Under the pieces are notes generated by a model, which worked only from the letters and a program-made list of their open reading frames with translations, searched no databases and had not been told where the DNA came from. From positions 199,268,001 through 199,332,000 of the forward strand of contig NC_042998.1 of assembly GCF_006345805.1 (NCBI RefSeq): DNA of 64,000 bases. Direction: 5' to 3'. Below, one piece after another: positions 39,237 through 51,340 of the stretch (position 1 is its first letter; every line of letters begins with the position of its first letter). The position numbers were made by a program, and so were the translations under genes. The DNA is from Octopus sinensis. Taxonomy: Eukaryota.

Positions 39237-39243
39237 TAATAAA

Positions 39244-39276
<33 letters not shown>

Positions 39277-39289
39277 AAAGGCATCATCG

Positions 39290-39765
39290 AAAATAATAAT
39301 GCAAAGATCCTACGAATTATAAATGATTCAGTGCGACCATGACAGAGAATAGGAAACCAGACATAGTCTTAATTGAGAAAGAATGCAAACGATGTTGAAT
39401 CATAGATATAGCATGCCAAGCTGACTACAAGGTATGCGATAAGGAAGAAAGAAAAGTTGATAGTTATAACAGGTTACCTTGGGAGGTTAAGCAGTTGTGG
39501 TCACTGAAAAAGATGGTAGTAGTACCAATAAATGTCGGAGCCCTGGGAACAGTGAGCAAAAATCTTGAGAAGTACGTGGAACAAATAGGGGCTGCAATAA
39601 GGGTGGAACACTCGCAGTAAACAGCACTGCTTGGAACCGCTCGAATACTCCGGATGGTGGTCGAAAAATAAGGTGTGTTACCTTAGTTCGCTGGTAGTGA
39701 ACACTCACACTTTAGTACATCTCCAGCGTTAGAAGCTGTGTAAAGACAATAAAATGGTAACAACA
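39290..39765 (+). mobile_element. 3' fragment (REL domain plus 3' UTR) of an R4/Dong-like LINE
   Basis: Reads ...RKPDIVLIEK...IIDIAC...V.L..KIVV..INVGALGTVS...ALLGTARILR; flanked by AAT/AAC tracts. Confidence 0.75.
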
Positions 39766-39869
39766 ACAACAATAATAATAATGATAAAGACGAAAATGAC
39801 TATAAGATGTTGATGATCATGGCGAGAATAAATAATAATAATAATGATAAAACATGATGAAAATATGTT

Positions 39870-40812
39870 TTCTGTTGTCAAGAAGCTGAAAAATACACAG
39901 AAGAGACCGTAACAAAGGATAGCTACGAAGGAAAAGAAGGAACATCAAAAACTGTAGAGTAGTTAAAAGTCTGGGCTAAAACTGAAAGTATGAATTACTA
40001 TGATAAAACAGTGATAAGTAATACTCTAACATGACAAATACTGGAATAAGAGAACCAAAAATAGACAAAAGTAAAATCCAAACACTGGCTGAGAAACGCG
40101 AAGTGCTCTTAATTGTGACATAATATCAAAGCCACTCTAATCAAGCGGTACTACCAAAACCACTCTACCAGAAAGCACAAAAATCACGCAATGAAGCAGA
40201 ACAGAATATATTTTTTGCAGAATATGTAGTGATGAAGTAGATACAATAAATCATATCTTTGGCTGCCTAATCTAGACAGAACCTGTAAGTTCTGCCAGCA
40301 ATATGGAATGCTAACAGTACAAAGATGGTATAAGCACACGCCAGGAAAAGTCCGAGAAAATGACAAAGCAACCATACTCTGGGATATGCACCGATAGAGA
40401 GATATAGTGTTCAAGAACAATTAAGAAAAAAATGCCATCTAATTGACATATGAATCCCAAAAGATGACTGCGTATCTCTAAAAGAAATGGAGAAACTTTC
40501 GATATGCAAAGAGCTGGGGCCAGGGATACCTTGAATGTGGAACCTGAAGGCATACACAATCCCTTTAATTGTAGGTGTTTTAGGTATAATCAAAGAAACA
40601 TGCAGTCAAATACATAACTAAAACCTCTGGACATACAAGTATATATAACACACAGAAAATAGCACGACTGGGTACCGCACATGTTCTCTGCAGAGCATTT
40701 CCATTACAGTAGAAATAACAACACTAAAACGAACCACAGCCCATACCCAAAGTTCACAGAGCTGCGCTCAGTAGTTCGGTACGAACCTGCAATAAAAATA
40801 AGACCACTAAAT
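39870..40812 (+). mobile_element. Degenerate 3' fragment of an R4/Dong-like LINE (subfamily of the 43.8/44.7-kb copies)
   Basis: aagcaaccatactctgggatatgc; 3' UTR catacccaa...cacagagctgcgctc...ataaaaataa. Confidence 0.75.
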
Positions 40813-40814
40813 AA

Positions 40815-40846
40815 TGTTAGTAGTAGTAACTATAGTAGTAGTAGTT

Positions 40847-40880
<34 letters not shown>

Positions 40881-40926
40881 CAGCAGCAGCAGTAGTAGTA
40901 GTAGTAGTAGCAGCAGTAGTAGTATT

Positions 40927-41005
<79 letters not shown>
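40815..41005. repeat. (AGT)n/(AGC)n microsatellite
   Basis: Direct reading. Confidence 0.95.
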
Positions 41006-41006
<1 letters not shown>

Positions 41007-41139
41007 AAGAGCTGTCAATGCCGAAGTGGTGAAGAGATTTGAATACCATTCGCTTATAAAATGTCCCAAATACCTGCACAAAACATAGTCTCTGGCAGTC
41101 AAGACCAACTTGAAGCCGTCACAGAAGAGAAGCCGTTTG

Positions 41140-41577
41140 GAACTAGTAGGAGAAGGGAATGAAAAGGCGAATGTCTGGTGCCTTCAAATAATCTCTGCTC
41201 CTAGAGGTGGTGGACAAGGTGCACCACATATGCTATATAGACTACGTTGCATGCCCCTTTGACCTACGAATAGTCACGAAAGAAGGTGAAAAGATAGATA
41301 TAACCCTCTTAAGTTCGAAATAGCCCGGCTAATGAAGAAGGTGAAGATAGTGCCAATTATTGTTGGGTCCGAAGAGGAATACAAAGGAAATTGGAGTAGA
41401 GTGCCCAGTAGAACTGTTACAAAAGAGTTGACTCCTTGGAACGGACAGAATAATCAGGAAAATATTCGATTGCTGAGCAAGAAGAATGGATAGCATGGTA
41501 CCGTAGGCTGTAGGTAGCAAGCCTGCTACGCATTTAGAAGATCCAGGAACTCCAACAAAATCTGTGATACAGAGAAA
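41140..41577 (+). mobile_element. 3' REL-domain fragment of another R4/Dong-like subfamily
   Basis: ...IDxACPFD.RI..KE.EKI...L..EI.RL....KIVPIIVG...LLGT.RIIRK; followed by (AAT)n. Confidence 0.65.
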
Positions 41578-41632
41578 TAATAATAATAACAATAATAATA
41601 ATAATAATAACAATAATAATAATAATAACAAT

Positions 41633-41665
<33 letters not shown>

Positions 41666-42164
41666 ATTAATAAATGCCTTGATGCAGTACCAAGTAATAG
41701 CTCTCTTGGCTTTTGATCTTAATTGATTGGAAGTGTTATCATGTATTAGGTTGCTCGGAAAATTCTGAACGTTTTTTTTTAAATGCAAAAAGGGATATAA
41801 ATAATTGCCCTTTCAATAACTTTTATGTAATGAAATAATTTCCCTTATCATCAATGATCTATCAGACAACTTAAATATTCAATCAGCTTAACATTTGACT
41901 GCTTTTGCAGAAAACAAGTTATCTAGATGCATTTTGACTCCATCCAAATCGTTAAATGCTTTACACTGCTACGAGTTCTATAGAGACAGAAACTAGTGGT
42001 AGCCAGATGGGGCAATATCAGGAGAATATGGTGGCTGGGGTAAGAGATACCAGCCAAGTTCATGTAACTTTGTTCGGGTAGCCAAAGACACATGTGGTCG
42101 TGCATTGTCTTTTTGGAACACTACACATTTCCTGCTGGCAATTTCCAAACCCAGTTCTTTCAAT

Positions 42165-42998
42165 TTTTAGTTTAAATTAGCCAGTTGACGACAGTACACA
42201 TCACGATTAATGGTCTGGTTTTGTGGGAGAATCTCATAATAAATAATGCATTTATGAGCCCACAAAACACAAAGCATAAGTTTTTTAGTTGCTGTTTTGG
42301 GGGATCTTTACGCAAACTCCAGGATCTTTTTCGCACTACGTTTTCGTACACAATCCATTTTTCATCTCCAATCACAAGCTGTTTCAAAAAGAGCATGCTT
42401 TCATTTCGTTTCAGAAGCATATCACAAACGGAATACCGGGCGAAGCAATTCTTTTCTGAGTGTTTGCGAGGGACCCTTACAGTATAGCAAAAAATGTATC
42501 TTAGCTGCACTAGGTGTTCATGAACAGTACTTTTAGAAACTTCCAGCTCCCCTGCAAGTTCTCTAGTCGTAATTTTTGAGTTTTCTTTGATTTTTGCCTT
42601 TAAAACATCTTCACTCAATTTTGAAGGTCTTCCACTTCGACTGTCATCTTCCAGCTTTAAACTTTGCAAACCACCTCCAAACAGGTGATTCACCTACAGC
42701 ATCATCACTATAAACTTCACAAATATTTTTGCAAGCCATTGCACCATTTTCTCCTTTATATAAGGAAAAAAAAAAGAAAATAAATTCAACGCGAATAGGA
42801 AATGTTTGGCTATCCATTTCAAATGTCAATAAAGAGGAACTGGAATAAAAAATAAATCTATTTTTAGTCAGGAACAAAGAAAAGATGCGCTACTACTTCA
42901 ACAATAGTTTTTACAATGCCAAAGTTCTTCAGGTGTGTTCAATGAAGCGTTAAAAGATTTAGCTTAAAATCACTCAGAACTTTCCGGGAAACCCAATA
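42165..42998 (-). mobile_element. Mariner (DD34D-type) transposon relic, 3'-truncated
   Basis: TIR tattgggtttcccggaaagttc at 42998; WRWFAKFKAG, RSGRPS, TTRELAGELEVSKSTVHEHL, VIGDEKWIVYEN; frameshifted. Confidence 0.9.
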
Positions 42999-43052
42999 TA
43001 TGATTTGTCTTGGTGTAAAAGATGGGCTACAGCAGTTATTCTGCTCAATACC

Positions 43053-43282
43053 TATTTCTTTACAACCCACAAGGGGCTAAACACAGAGGGGACAAACAAG
43101 GACAGACATAGGTATTAAGTCGATTACATCGACCCCAGTGCGTAACTGGTACTTAATTTATCGACCCCGAAAGGATGAAAGGCAAAGTCGACCTCGGCGG
43201 AATTTGAACTCACAACGTAACGCAGACGAAATACCGCTAAACATTTCGCCCGGCGTGCTAACGTTTCTGCCAGCTCGCCGCC
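43053..43282 (-). mobile_element. SINE family 1 monomer with 16-bp TSD, inserted into a family-5 element
   Basis: TSD tattctgctcaatacc at 43037-43052 and 43283-43298. Confidence 0.95.
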
Positions 43283-43298
43283 TATTCTGCTCAATACC

Positions 43299-43664
43299 AC
43301 AGAGCTGCTTGCCAGTTGCTTGACTGTCACCAGTTGAACATGTCCTTTAGTGGCTGACGATATGTGAATCTCTGATCACGAGCAGAAGTAGTGGGGGAGC
43401 ATCATAGCTATGGAAACATGGGTGTTTCATTCATTATCCTTAAACAAACCTGATTCAGGAACCTTTTGAAAGGGATGGACTACCCAACGTGAAGAAATTT
43501 CTAACTGGTCCCCATCTGAAGGGTCACACGCTGTTTATCTTGATATGAGATCACTATGTGGCGCACATAAGGTTGTGATGGACGTACCTGGTGTACCGTT
43601 ATCAGACGAGTAGTCATGATGTGTATATTGGGCTTCGCATATTTGTACCCCAGTTTCGCACTCG

Positions 43665-43665
<1 letters not shown>
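43299..43665 (+). mobile_element. SINE-like family 5 body with (AAT)n tail
   Basis: Homologous to 30058-30392. Confidence 0.7.
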
Positions 43666-43729
<64 letters not shown>

Positions 43730-43817
43730 TAATAATAATAATAATAATGATAATAATAATAATAATAATGATAAATAATAATAATAAAAATTTAAAAAAA
43801 AAAAAAATAATAATAAT

Positions 43818-44615
43818 AAAAATCCCAGCAATGGTTGAGAAGCTCAGGACTCAAAGCAGAAACAGAGGGATTTTTAATTGCAGCACAAGACCAAAGCCTC
43901 CCCACCAGAAATTACCAAAAACATGTAATGAAAAGAAATATTACAAGTAACTGCAGAATATGTGGAGATGGACAAGAAACAATAAATCATATTATCTCTA
44001 GCTGCCCAGTCCTGGCTAAGAAGGAATATATTCACAGACATGACAGAGTTGGAACCTACATACATTGGAAGCTATGCCAACATTATGGAATAACAACAGA
44101 AAAAAGATGGTATAGGCACACACCAGAAAGGGTCACAGAAAACGAGAAAGCAACCATACTCTGGGATATGCCGATACACACAGATAGAGAAATTAAGGCC
44201 AACAGACCAGATATAGTTGTCAGAGATCATGAAGAAAAAAAATGCTTTCTAATTGATGTATCAATACCGGCAGATGACAACGTGTCTCTAACAGAAATGG
44301 AGAAACTCTCAAAATACAAAGACCTGGAAATAGAGGTAACTAGAATGTGGAATCTGAAAACAGAAACAATTCCTATCATAGTAGGTGCATTAGGCATGAT
44401 AAAACAATATTCAGACAAATACATAACAAAAACACCAGGACTTACAAACACATATAACATACAGAAAATTGCACTACTAGGCACTGCACACATCCTACGC
44501 AGAACACTTTCCATACAATAACCATCAGAGCATCACAACAAATCACAGCACATACCCAAGGCACATAGAGCTGCGCTCGGTAGTGAAGTGAAAGCACGCT
44601 ATAAAAATAAAACTA

Positions 44616-44619
<4 letters not shown>
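43818..44619 (+). mobile_element. 5'-truncated R4/Dong-like LINE with open CCHC plus REL frame (43835-44521)
   Basis: LRSSGLKAETEGFLIAAQDQSL, CRICG...HIISSC, RHDRVG, ILWD...TDREIKANRPDIV; AAT tracts on both sides. Confidence 0.93.
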
Positions 44620-44685
<66 letters not shown>

Positions 44686-44686
44686 T

Positions 44687-45666
44687 AAAGCAAAACAAAA
44701 AAAACTGTTCTCAGTATTTAAGGAAGCTGACGAATACAAACAAGAAATCATACTACCTAACAAATATGAAGAAGAAGAAGGAACAACAAAAGCTATAAAA
44801 CAAATGAAATACAAACCAGAACTAGAACAGCAACGAACCATGATAAAACGGTGGCAAGAAAGCAAATACTGGACTAAACTAAATGCAAAAGAAATAGACA
44901 GAAAAATCCCAGCAATGTTTGAGAAGCTCAGGATTCAAAGCAGAGACAGAGGGATTTTTAATTGCAGCACAAGACCAAAGCCTCCCCACCAGAAATTACC
45001 AAAAACATGTAATGAAAAGAAATATAACAAGTAACTGCAGAATATGTGGAGATGGAAAAGAAACAATAAATCATATTATCTCTGACTGCCACGACAGAGT
45101 TGGGATCTACATACACTGGAAACTATGTCAACACTATGGAATAACAACAGAAAAAAGATGGTATAGGCACACACCAGAAAAGGTCACAGTAAACGAGAAA
45201 GCAACCATACTCTGGGATATGCCAATACACACAGATACAGAAATTAAGGCCAAAAGGCCAGATGTGGTTGTCAGAGATCATGAAGAAAAAAAATGCTTTC
45301 TAATTGATGTATCAATACCAGCAGATGACAACGTGTCTCTAAAAGAAATGAAGAAACTTTCAAAATACAAGGACCTGAAAATAGAGATAACCCGAATGTG
45401 GAATCTAAAAACAGAAACAATTCCTATCATAGTGGGCACATTAGGTATGATAAAAAATATTCAGACAAAATACATAACAAAAACACCTGGACTTACAAAC
45501 ACATATAACATACAGAAAATTGCACTACTGGGCATGTCATACATCCTACGCAAAACACTTTCAATACAGTAACCATCAGAGCATCACAACAAATCACAGC
45601 TCATACCCAAGGCACACAGAGCTGCGCTCGGTAGTGAAGTGAACGCACGCTATAAAAATAAAACTA

Positions 45667-45670
<4 letters not shown>
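44687..45670 (+). mobile_element. Second copy of the same LINE subfamily with internal deletions
   Basis: Near-identical to 43818-44619 plus extra upstream sequence; AAT tracts on both sides. Confidence 0.92.
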
Positions 45671-45730
<60 letters not shown>

Positions 45731-46137
45731 GACCTAACAAAAACTGAGCAAATATAAAGATCTTGAAATAGAAATCAGCAAAATGTGGAAGCTGAAGACT
45801 AAAACAATACCTGTTGTCATAGGTGCCCTGGGAATGATAGCGAAAGGGACTGATTGCTACCTAACTCAGATACCAGGAAACCCCAAAATGGCAGAAATTC
45901 CAAAGATAGTGCTCATGGGAACTGCTCATATCCTACGCAAAATACTCTCTATATAATCCCAAGGTTTAAAACAAACTTTTTTTTTTATGTATTAGACATT
46001 CACTAGTACAACAAAAAACCCCAAATATATGGCACACTAGGCATAACAACAACGTGAACTTCCAACCTGTTGTCTCTTGAGGTCTCTGGGTGAGACTTGG
46101 AGCCAACTTGTACATAAAGCAAAAGTCAAACATAGAA
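45731..46137 (+). mobile_element. 3' tip of a further R4/Dong-like subfamily
   Basis: KLSKYKDLEIEISKMWKLKTKTIPVVIGALGMI...IVLMGTAHILRK; distinct 3' UTR; AAT tracts on both sides. Confidence 0.88.
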
Positions 46138-47139
46138 TAATAATAATAATAATAATAATAAAATTTTGGTCTACCTTATTGTAGACCAAAATTTTATTAA
46201 TTTGAACCGAGGAGAGAGATGTTCCCTATCATAGAACAAAAACGTTTAGACCAAAAAAACCCAGAAAAACGAAAAATCATGAAAAGTGTGAACTTGACTA
46301 CGTTGATCATGAACGAAAAACTAAAGAACAGGCATAAGCAAAGGGACTAATAACTATTCCCAAAAGAAACAACTACTTGGATGATGGTGAATTCTACTTT
46401 GTGGAGGGAATGACTGCTACAGAAGAAGGAAGAAACTTAGTACTACGCCTGAATAAGGCGCGAAATGGCGAAAGAGAGAAGTTACCACCCCTGAAAGGAA
46501 TCGGAAGAGGAAGACTATATATGTAAAGTAGTGAAAAAAATGGTCGAACAGTTAACGAAAGTCTACATCGAAAACATAGCTTGTGTATATGCTCAATGGT
46601 GAGAGCGTTGAGCTTACGATCGTGAGGGTGTGAGCTCGAATCCCGGACCGGGCTGCGTGTTGTGTTCTTGAGTAAGACACTTTATTTCACGTTGCGCAGC
46701 GTCTATCGTTGTGCAATTTCATGGGTTAAAGGTGATAGAAAGAAAGGACAAAGCTCCAAGATGGGAACGAAGGCTTCAGAGCCGAATTGAACAGCTCAAG
46801 AGTGACGTTGGACGGTTACATGCAATCATAGAAGGATAGAGGGCGAGGGAAAGAGGCAGGAACGAAATGCAAAAGAAGCAGAACATAAGACAAAGAGAAA
46901 TACAAGTAGTAAAAGAACTCGGGTAAAGGGCCAAAGGAGTGTCGAGTAAGAAAAGAAAGAAAAAAAAAAGGAATCAGCAGAGAATAAATCAATACCAACA
47001 GAAAAGAGTCTTCAAATAGAATGGACGAAAGATTTATAAACAAGTGAACAATGATGAGGAGCATCAGGGATTTGCTATGCCTGATGCTTCTGGTTACGGG
47101 ATTTAAAAGAGAAATGGAAGCTTAATTGTTAAATTAATT

Positions 47140-47665
47140 AAAGAAAACAATTAAGAAAAAAGAAAAACGAAATGCTAAAACGAAAGCAATGGAAAATAAT
47201 TTTAATTTAACAATTAAGAAAAAAAAACGAAAGGCTAAAACAAAAGTAATGGAAAATAGTTTTAATTTAACAATTAAGAAAAAAAAACGAAAGGCTAAAA
47301 CGAAAGCAAAAACTCAAAACAAAAACAAAACAAATAATTTTAGACACGCGTAACAATTAAATTAATTTAACAATTAAGAAAACAAAACGAAAGGCTAAAA
47401 TTTAGGGTTAGGGTGAGGGTTAGGGTTAGTGACAGGTTGTTGTCTCAGTTTTAGACGCAGCAAATGATTTTAGCTTAATAGAGGGCATAGGATTGGTTAA
47501 AATTCGAAAAATTAAACTACGTTAAACTTACAAATTACAATTTTCTCAAGAAAGCCAAGAGAAGAAAATGTTTTATTTTGACACATTCTACCAGTATACG
47601 AAGTTTAAAAGTGTATGGTTAACTAGAAATTGTGTTGAAAACTGCCGTTCAAAAGGAAAAGATCC
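47140..47665 (+). repeat. ~60-bp AT-rich minisatellite followed by a TTAGGG-containing right half of the GGATCT MITE family
   Basis: ttaatttaacaattaagaaaaaaaaacgaaaggctaaaa repeated 3-4 times; ends gccgttcaaaaggaaaagatcc. Confidence 0.65.
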
Positions 47666-47912
47666 CACTCCTCTTGTAGCACTGACATGCCAAGAACTTT
47701 TAGAAGTTGTCTGTAGGTCCCTGACTTGAAGTATTTTTAGAAGAGATTACTCAGACTTCCCTCGTAGATGCTCAGAGTCAGTCTCAGATCATTGTCGCTC
47801 ATACCTCAACTAGCCTCCTATTGAAATCTTGAGTTGTTTTCCAGCAACTGAGGCTCAGCGCTTCCTAACTAGAAATTACATAGAAAACATCCTTAAAAAT
47901 GGTGCTGATTCC

Positions 47913-48346
47913 GGATCTTTTCGGTTTGACCGGCAGTTTTTTTCTAGCGGTGTCATATGAAATTGTCACCCATAATTATGACCCTAGTATCGATCTATTG
48001 CATTTAAATCTGTTTTCGGGTTAGGGTTAGAGTTAGGGTTAGGGTGAGGGGAAGGAGGAAGGGCATATTTTTTCTTCACAAATGTAAATAAACCCAATCT
48101 GTTTCTTAAACGAGGGACATATTCATACGGTACAGAATGTTTTCACCTCAATAGACGTCATTGATTGGTTGAAATTGCAGAAATTGAAGGAAAAAACGAC
48201 AAATATCTTACAAACTATAGAATTTTCTCAATAAAGCCAAGAGAAAAAGATGCTTTATAAACACATTCTACCAGTATACGAAGTTTAAAAGTGTTTAGTT
48301 ACGTGGAAATTATTTTTAAAAACTGCCTGTCAAGCCGAAAAGATCC
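47913..48346 (+). mobile_element. GGATCT-TIR MITE with 8-bp TSD
   Basis: TSD ctgattcc at 47905-47912 and 48347-48354. Confidence 0.92.
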
Positions 48347-49327
48347 CTGATTCCTCCCGTCGCTTATGCTGGTAATATCAGAAAAACAGTCGTCTATCTG
48401 ATCTCTGAATGGCTTTCGTTAACCTCAAGTGAATACAGCAATCGCCATGTTTCACTTGGTCAGTGATTTCTCTCGATTACATGCCGTCAGTTTGGACTCC
48501 TCTATGAAAAAAAAGAAACTGGTGGGAACATTAACCTGCCAAAGTAATAATAAACAAAGTCCTCATCATTTTGGGAATTTTAGTATTGAAACTGATCGGG
48601 AAATTCCAGCCAACAGACCAAATATCGAGATCAAATCATGCAGGCAAAACATACGAAGGAGCGATGCAGCTAGGCAGTCAGTAAAAAAGTGTAAATTATC
48701 CCGACCAAAAATGTGTATGAATTAGATAAATGTGTCAAAGCAAATTAACTTTAACTAAAAGCATAAAACTCGATACAGACAACAAAAACAGAATTATATC
48801 AGAGTAATCCAAACAGATATCTTGAAGTAGACAAAAATGATCGAATTCAATATGCGTTAAATGAATGAGACAATTAGATTTCTTCGTGTATTTGTTGCGA
48901 TATCTATTATGGTGTCTGTACATATGCGTTGAGGCTGGATTAGATTAGCTAAAGTGATTTATTGAATGTTTTTCTAACTTGATGAAATACCTAATGACAT
49001 AAAGAGGAAGTTAAATTAGCAAATGCAAGTGTTTCAGATTATTTACGGTTAGTTATGTCCTTGAATAATAAATATTAGTCTAAATAGATATGAGCAGTTC
49101 ATAAGATAATATGCACAAGGCTGTATAGTATTTCCATAACGGAGTATCATAAGGTGGGCGAATATGTTATATGATAGACAAAATAAAGCAGAAAAGAGGT
49201 ACAAAAAGTAAAAAAAGATAGTCAAGCTAGTCATAGAAAGAGTAAGACAGACCTAGAAGAAAACGTACGAAAATGAAAGAGATTAGATATTTTTACCAAA
49301 TAGATCTTATTTTACAGAGGATTTAAT

Positions 49328-49744
49328 GGATCTTTTCGGTTTGAACGACAGTTTTTAACATAATTTCTTGGTAACTAAACACTTTTAAATTTCGTATACT
49401 GGTAGAATGTGTTTATAAAACATCTTTTTCTCTTGGCTTTATTGAGAAAATTCTATAGTTTGTAAGATATTTGTTGTTTTTTTTCTTCAATTTCTGCAAT
49501 TTCAACCAATCAATTACGTCTATTGAGGTAAAAAACATTCTGTACCGTATGAATATGTCCCTCGTTTAAGAAACAGATTGGGTTTATTTACATTTCTGAA
49601 GAAAAAAAGATACCCTTCCCCCCACCCCTAACCCTAACCCTAAAATAGATTGAAATGCAATAGATCGATACTAGGGTCATAATTATGGGTGACAATTTCA
49701 TATGACACCGCTAGAAAAAACTGCCGTTCAAACCGAAAAGATCC
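49328..49744 (-). mobile_element. GGATCT-TIR MITE, inverted, flanked by a 32-bp direct duplication
   Basis: ccaaatagatcttattttacagagga(t/g)ttaat at 49296-49327 and 49745-49776. Confidence 0.92.
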
Positions 49745-50734
49745 CCAAATAGATCTTATTTTACAGAGGAGTTAATTTCTTGCAGCAATAAAATCTTCAA
49801 AGCTGGCAAACATTTCTAATGTCTTCTTGGACATTATTATGTTTGCTTGATCGTTGCTCTCACCACTTTCAAATATGCTCTTAAACCCCAAGGCTACGAG
49901 ACGTTAATAGTTTTTCACTTATGTCTTTCTTTTCCCCTTGATTAACTTTACTATTCCTGCAACTTTCTGTTGGCATCATTTCGTCCACCTTATTACACGC
50001 TTATGTGTGTATTGTTCACAAATTACATTTTGAGTCGATCAAACGCACACACACACACACAGACATACAAACGCAAACACACACACAAACACAAACGCAG
50101 ACGCACACTCATGCACACGCATACATATTTGCTTGCTGTACTATGTATGTATATTTGTGCATATGTTCATGAGTGCATTTCTGTGTATAAATAGAAATAT
50201 ATACTTGTTTAAGTAGGTATGTATGCGTATTTTATTAAACAAAAAACCTCAACACCCTGCGCTGAGTTTTGCCCAGGAATACTCACTCCAGTGGGTTACT
50301 TGAAATTTCAGGTTATGTAAGCGCGGTTTGAACTTAGATAGGCGTGTATGTTGGTATGTATGGAGATAAATATATGAAAATATACGCATGTACACACACG
50401 CACGAACACACACACACACAAACACACACTTTCACAAAAAGACACACACATATATAAGTAATCATGCATATACACTTGTACAATTACAATATTTATGTGT
50501 ATATTATTGTACGGACACACATACATACACACCCATCCCCATATCTCCACACCCACACATACATACATACACACGTCCTGACCACCAGCCCTCTTTCACA
50601 CACACATACATACTCTCTTATACACACACGCACCTTCGTGTTGGGGCGAAGTCACTTGACCCTGTTATCTCCCCTACTATCCCTCTAGCGTCTAACGTCT
50701 GACCTCTGACTTCTGCCTGAAGTCAGAACGCCAT

Positions 50735-50936
50735 AATGGACCGTTAGCTCCTACACGCATTTTTTTCTCTCCTTGTTTCACTCCTTGTTTCTTTTCTGTG
50801 TATCTTTCTGTCGAAGAGCATAGGCTCGAAACGTAAAAGACTTGTTCTATTTCTATTCCTGAGCGCTATACTAATACAATTGTTTGTTTGTACTCCATCT
50901 GCCTTCGTCTTTTGTTTATTTTCGTAAACCTTCCCG

Positions 50937-50940
<4 letters not shown>
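50735..50940 (+). mobile_element. Family HH-B repeat with hammerhead-like motif, abutting (TA)n
   Basis: tcttt-ctgtcga-a-gagc-atag-gctc-gaaac-gt-a-aaaga at 50803-50840. Confidence 0.68.
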
Positions 50941-50974
<34 letters not shown>

Positions 50975-51016
50975 CAATAATAATTCTCTAAACGAGGTAT
51001 AGACAGTAACTGCTCC

Positions 51017-51194
51017 ATAAGATAAGGGACGTTAGCCATCCGAATGTGGCTAGGGACAGGGCAGGACGGTGGGGGTGTTACTGATGCATTTAGCCCCAGG
51101 CGATCGATCGCCTGGGGCTAAATGCATCAGTAACACCCCCACCGCCCTGCCCTGTCCCTAGCCACATTCGGATGGCTAACGTCCCTTATGTTAT
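51017..51194. repeat. Near-perfect GC-rich spacerless palindrome (178 bp)
   Basis: Centre cgatc|gatcg at 51105/51106; only 2 mismatches across 89-bp arms. Confidence 0.97.
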
Positions 51195-51340
51195 ATATAT
51201 ATATATACCTGAATAAGGCGCCAAAGAGAGAAGCCACCACCCCTGAGAGGAATCGAAAGAGGAAGACTATATATGTAAAGTAGTGAAAAAAAATGGTGGA
51301 GCAGTTAACGAAAGTCTACATCGAAAACATAGCTAGTGTA

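Noticed and set aside
47400-47430. TTAGGG runs as a true telomere or chromosome-fusion site
   Set aside because: Only 2-4 units, always inside copies of the same MITE family.
48570-48650. NFSIETDREIPANRPNIEI peptide as a gene
   Set aside because: Tiny REL-domain relic of the R4/Dong-like LINE.
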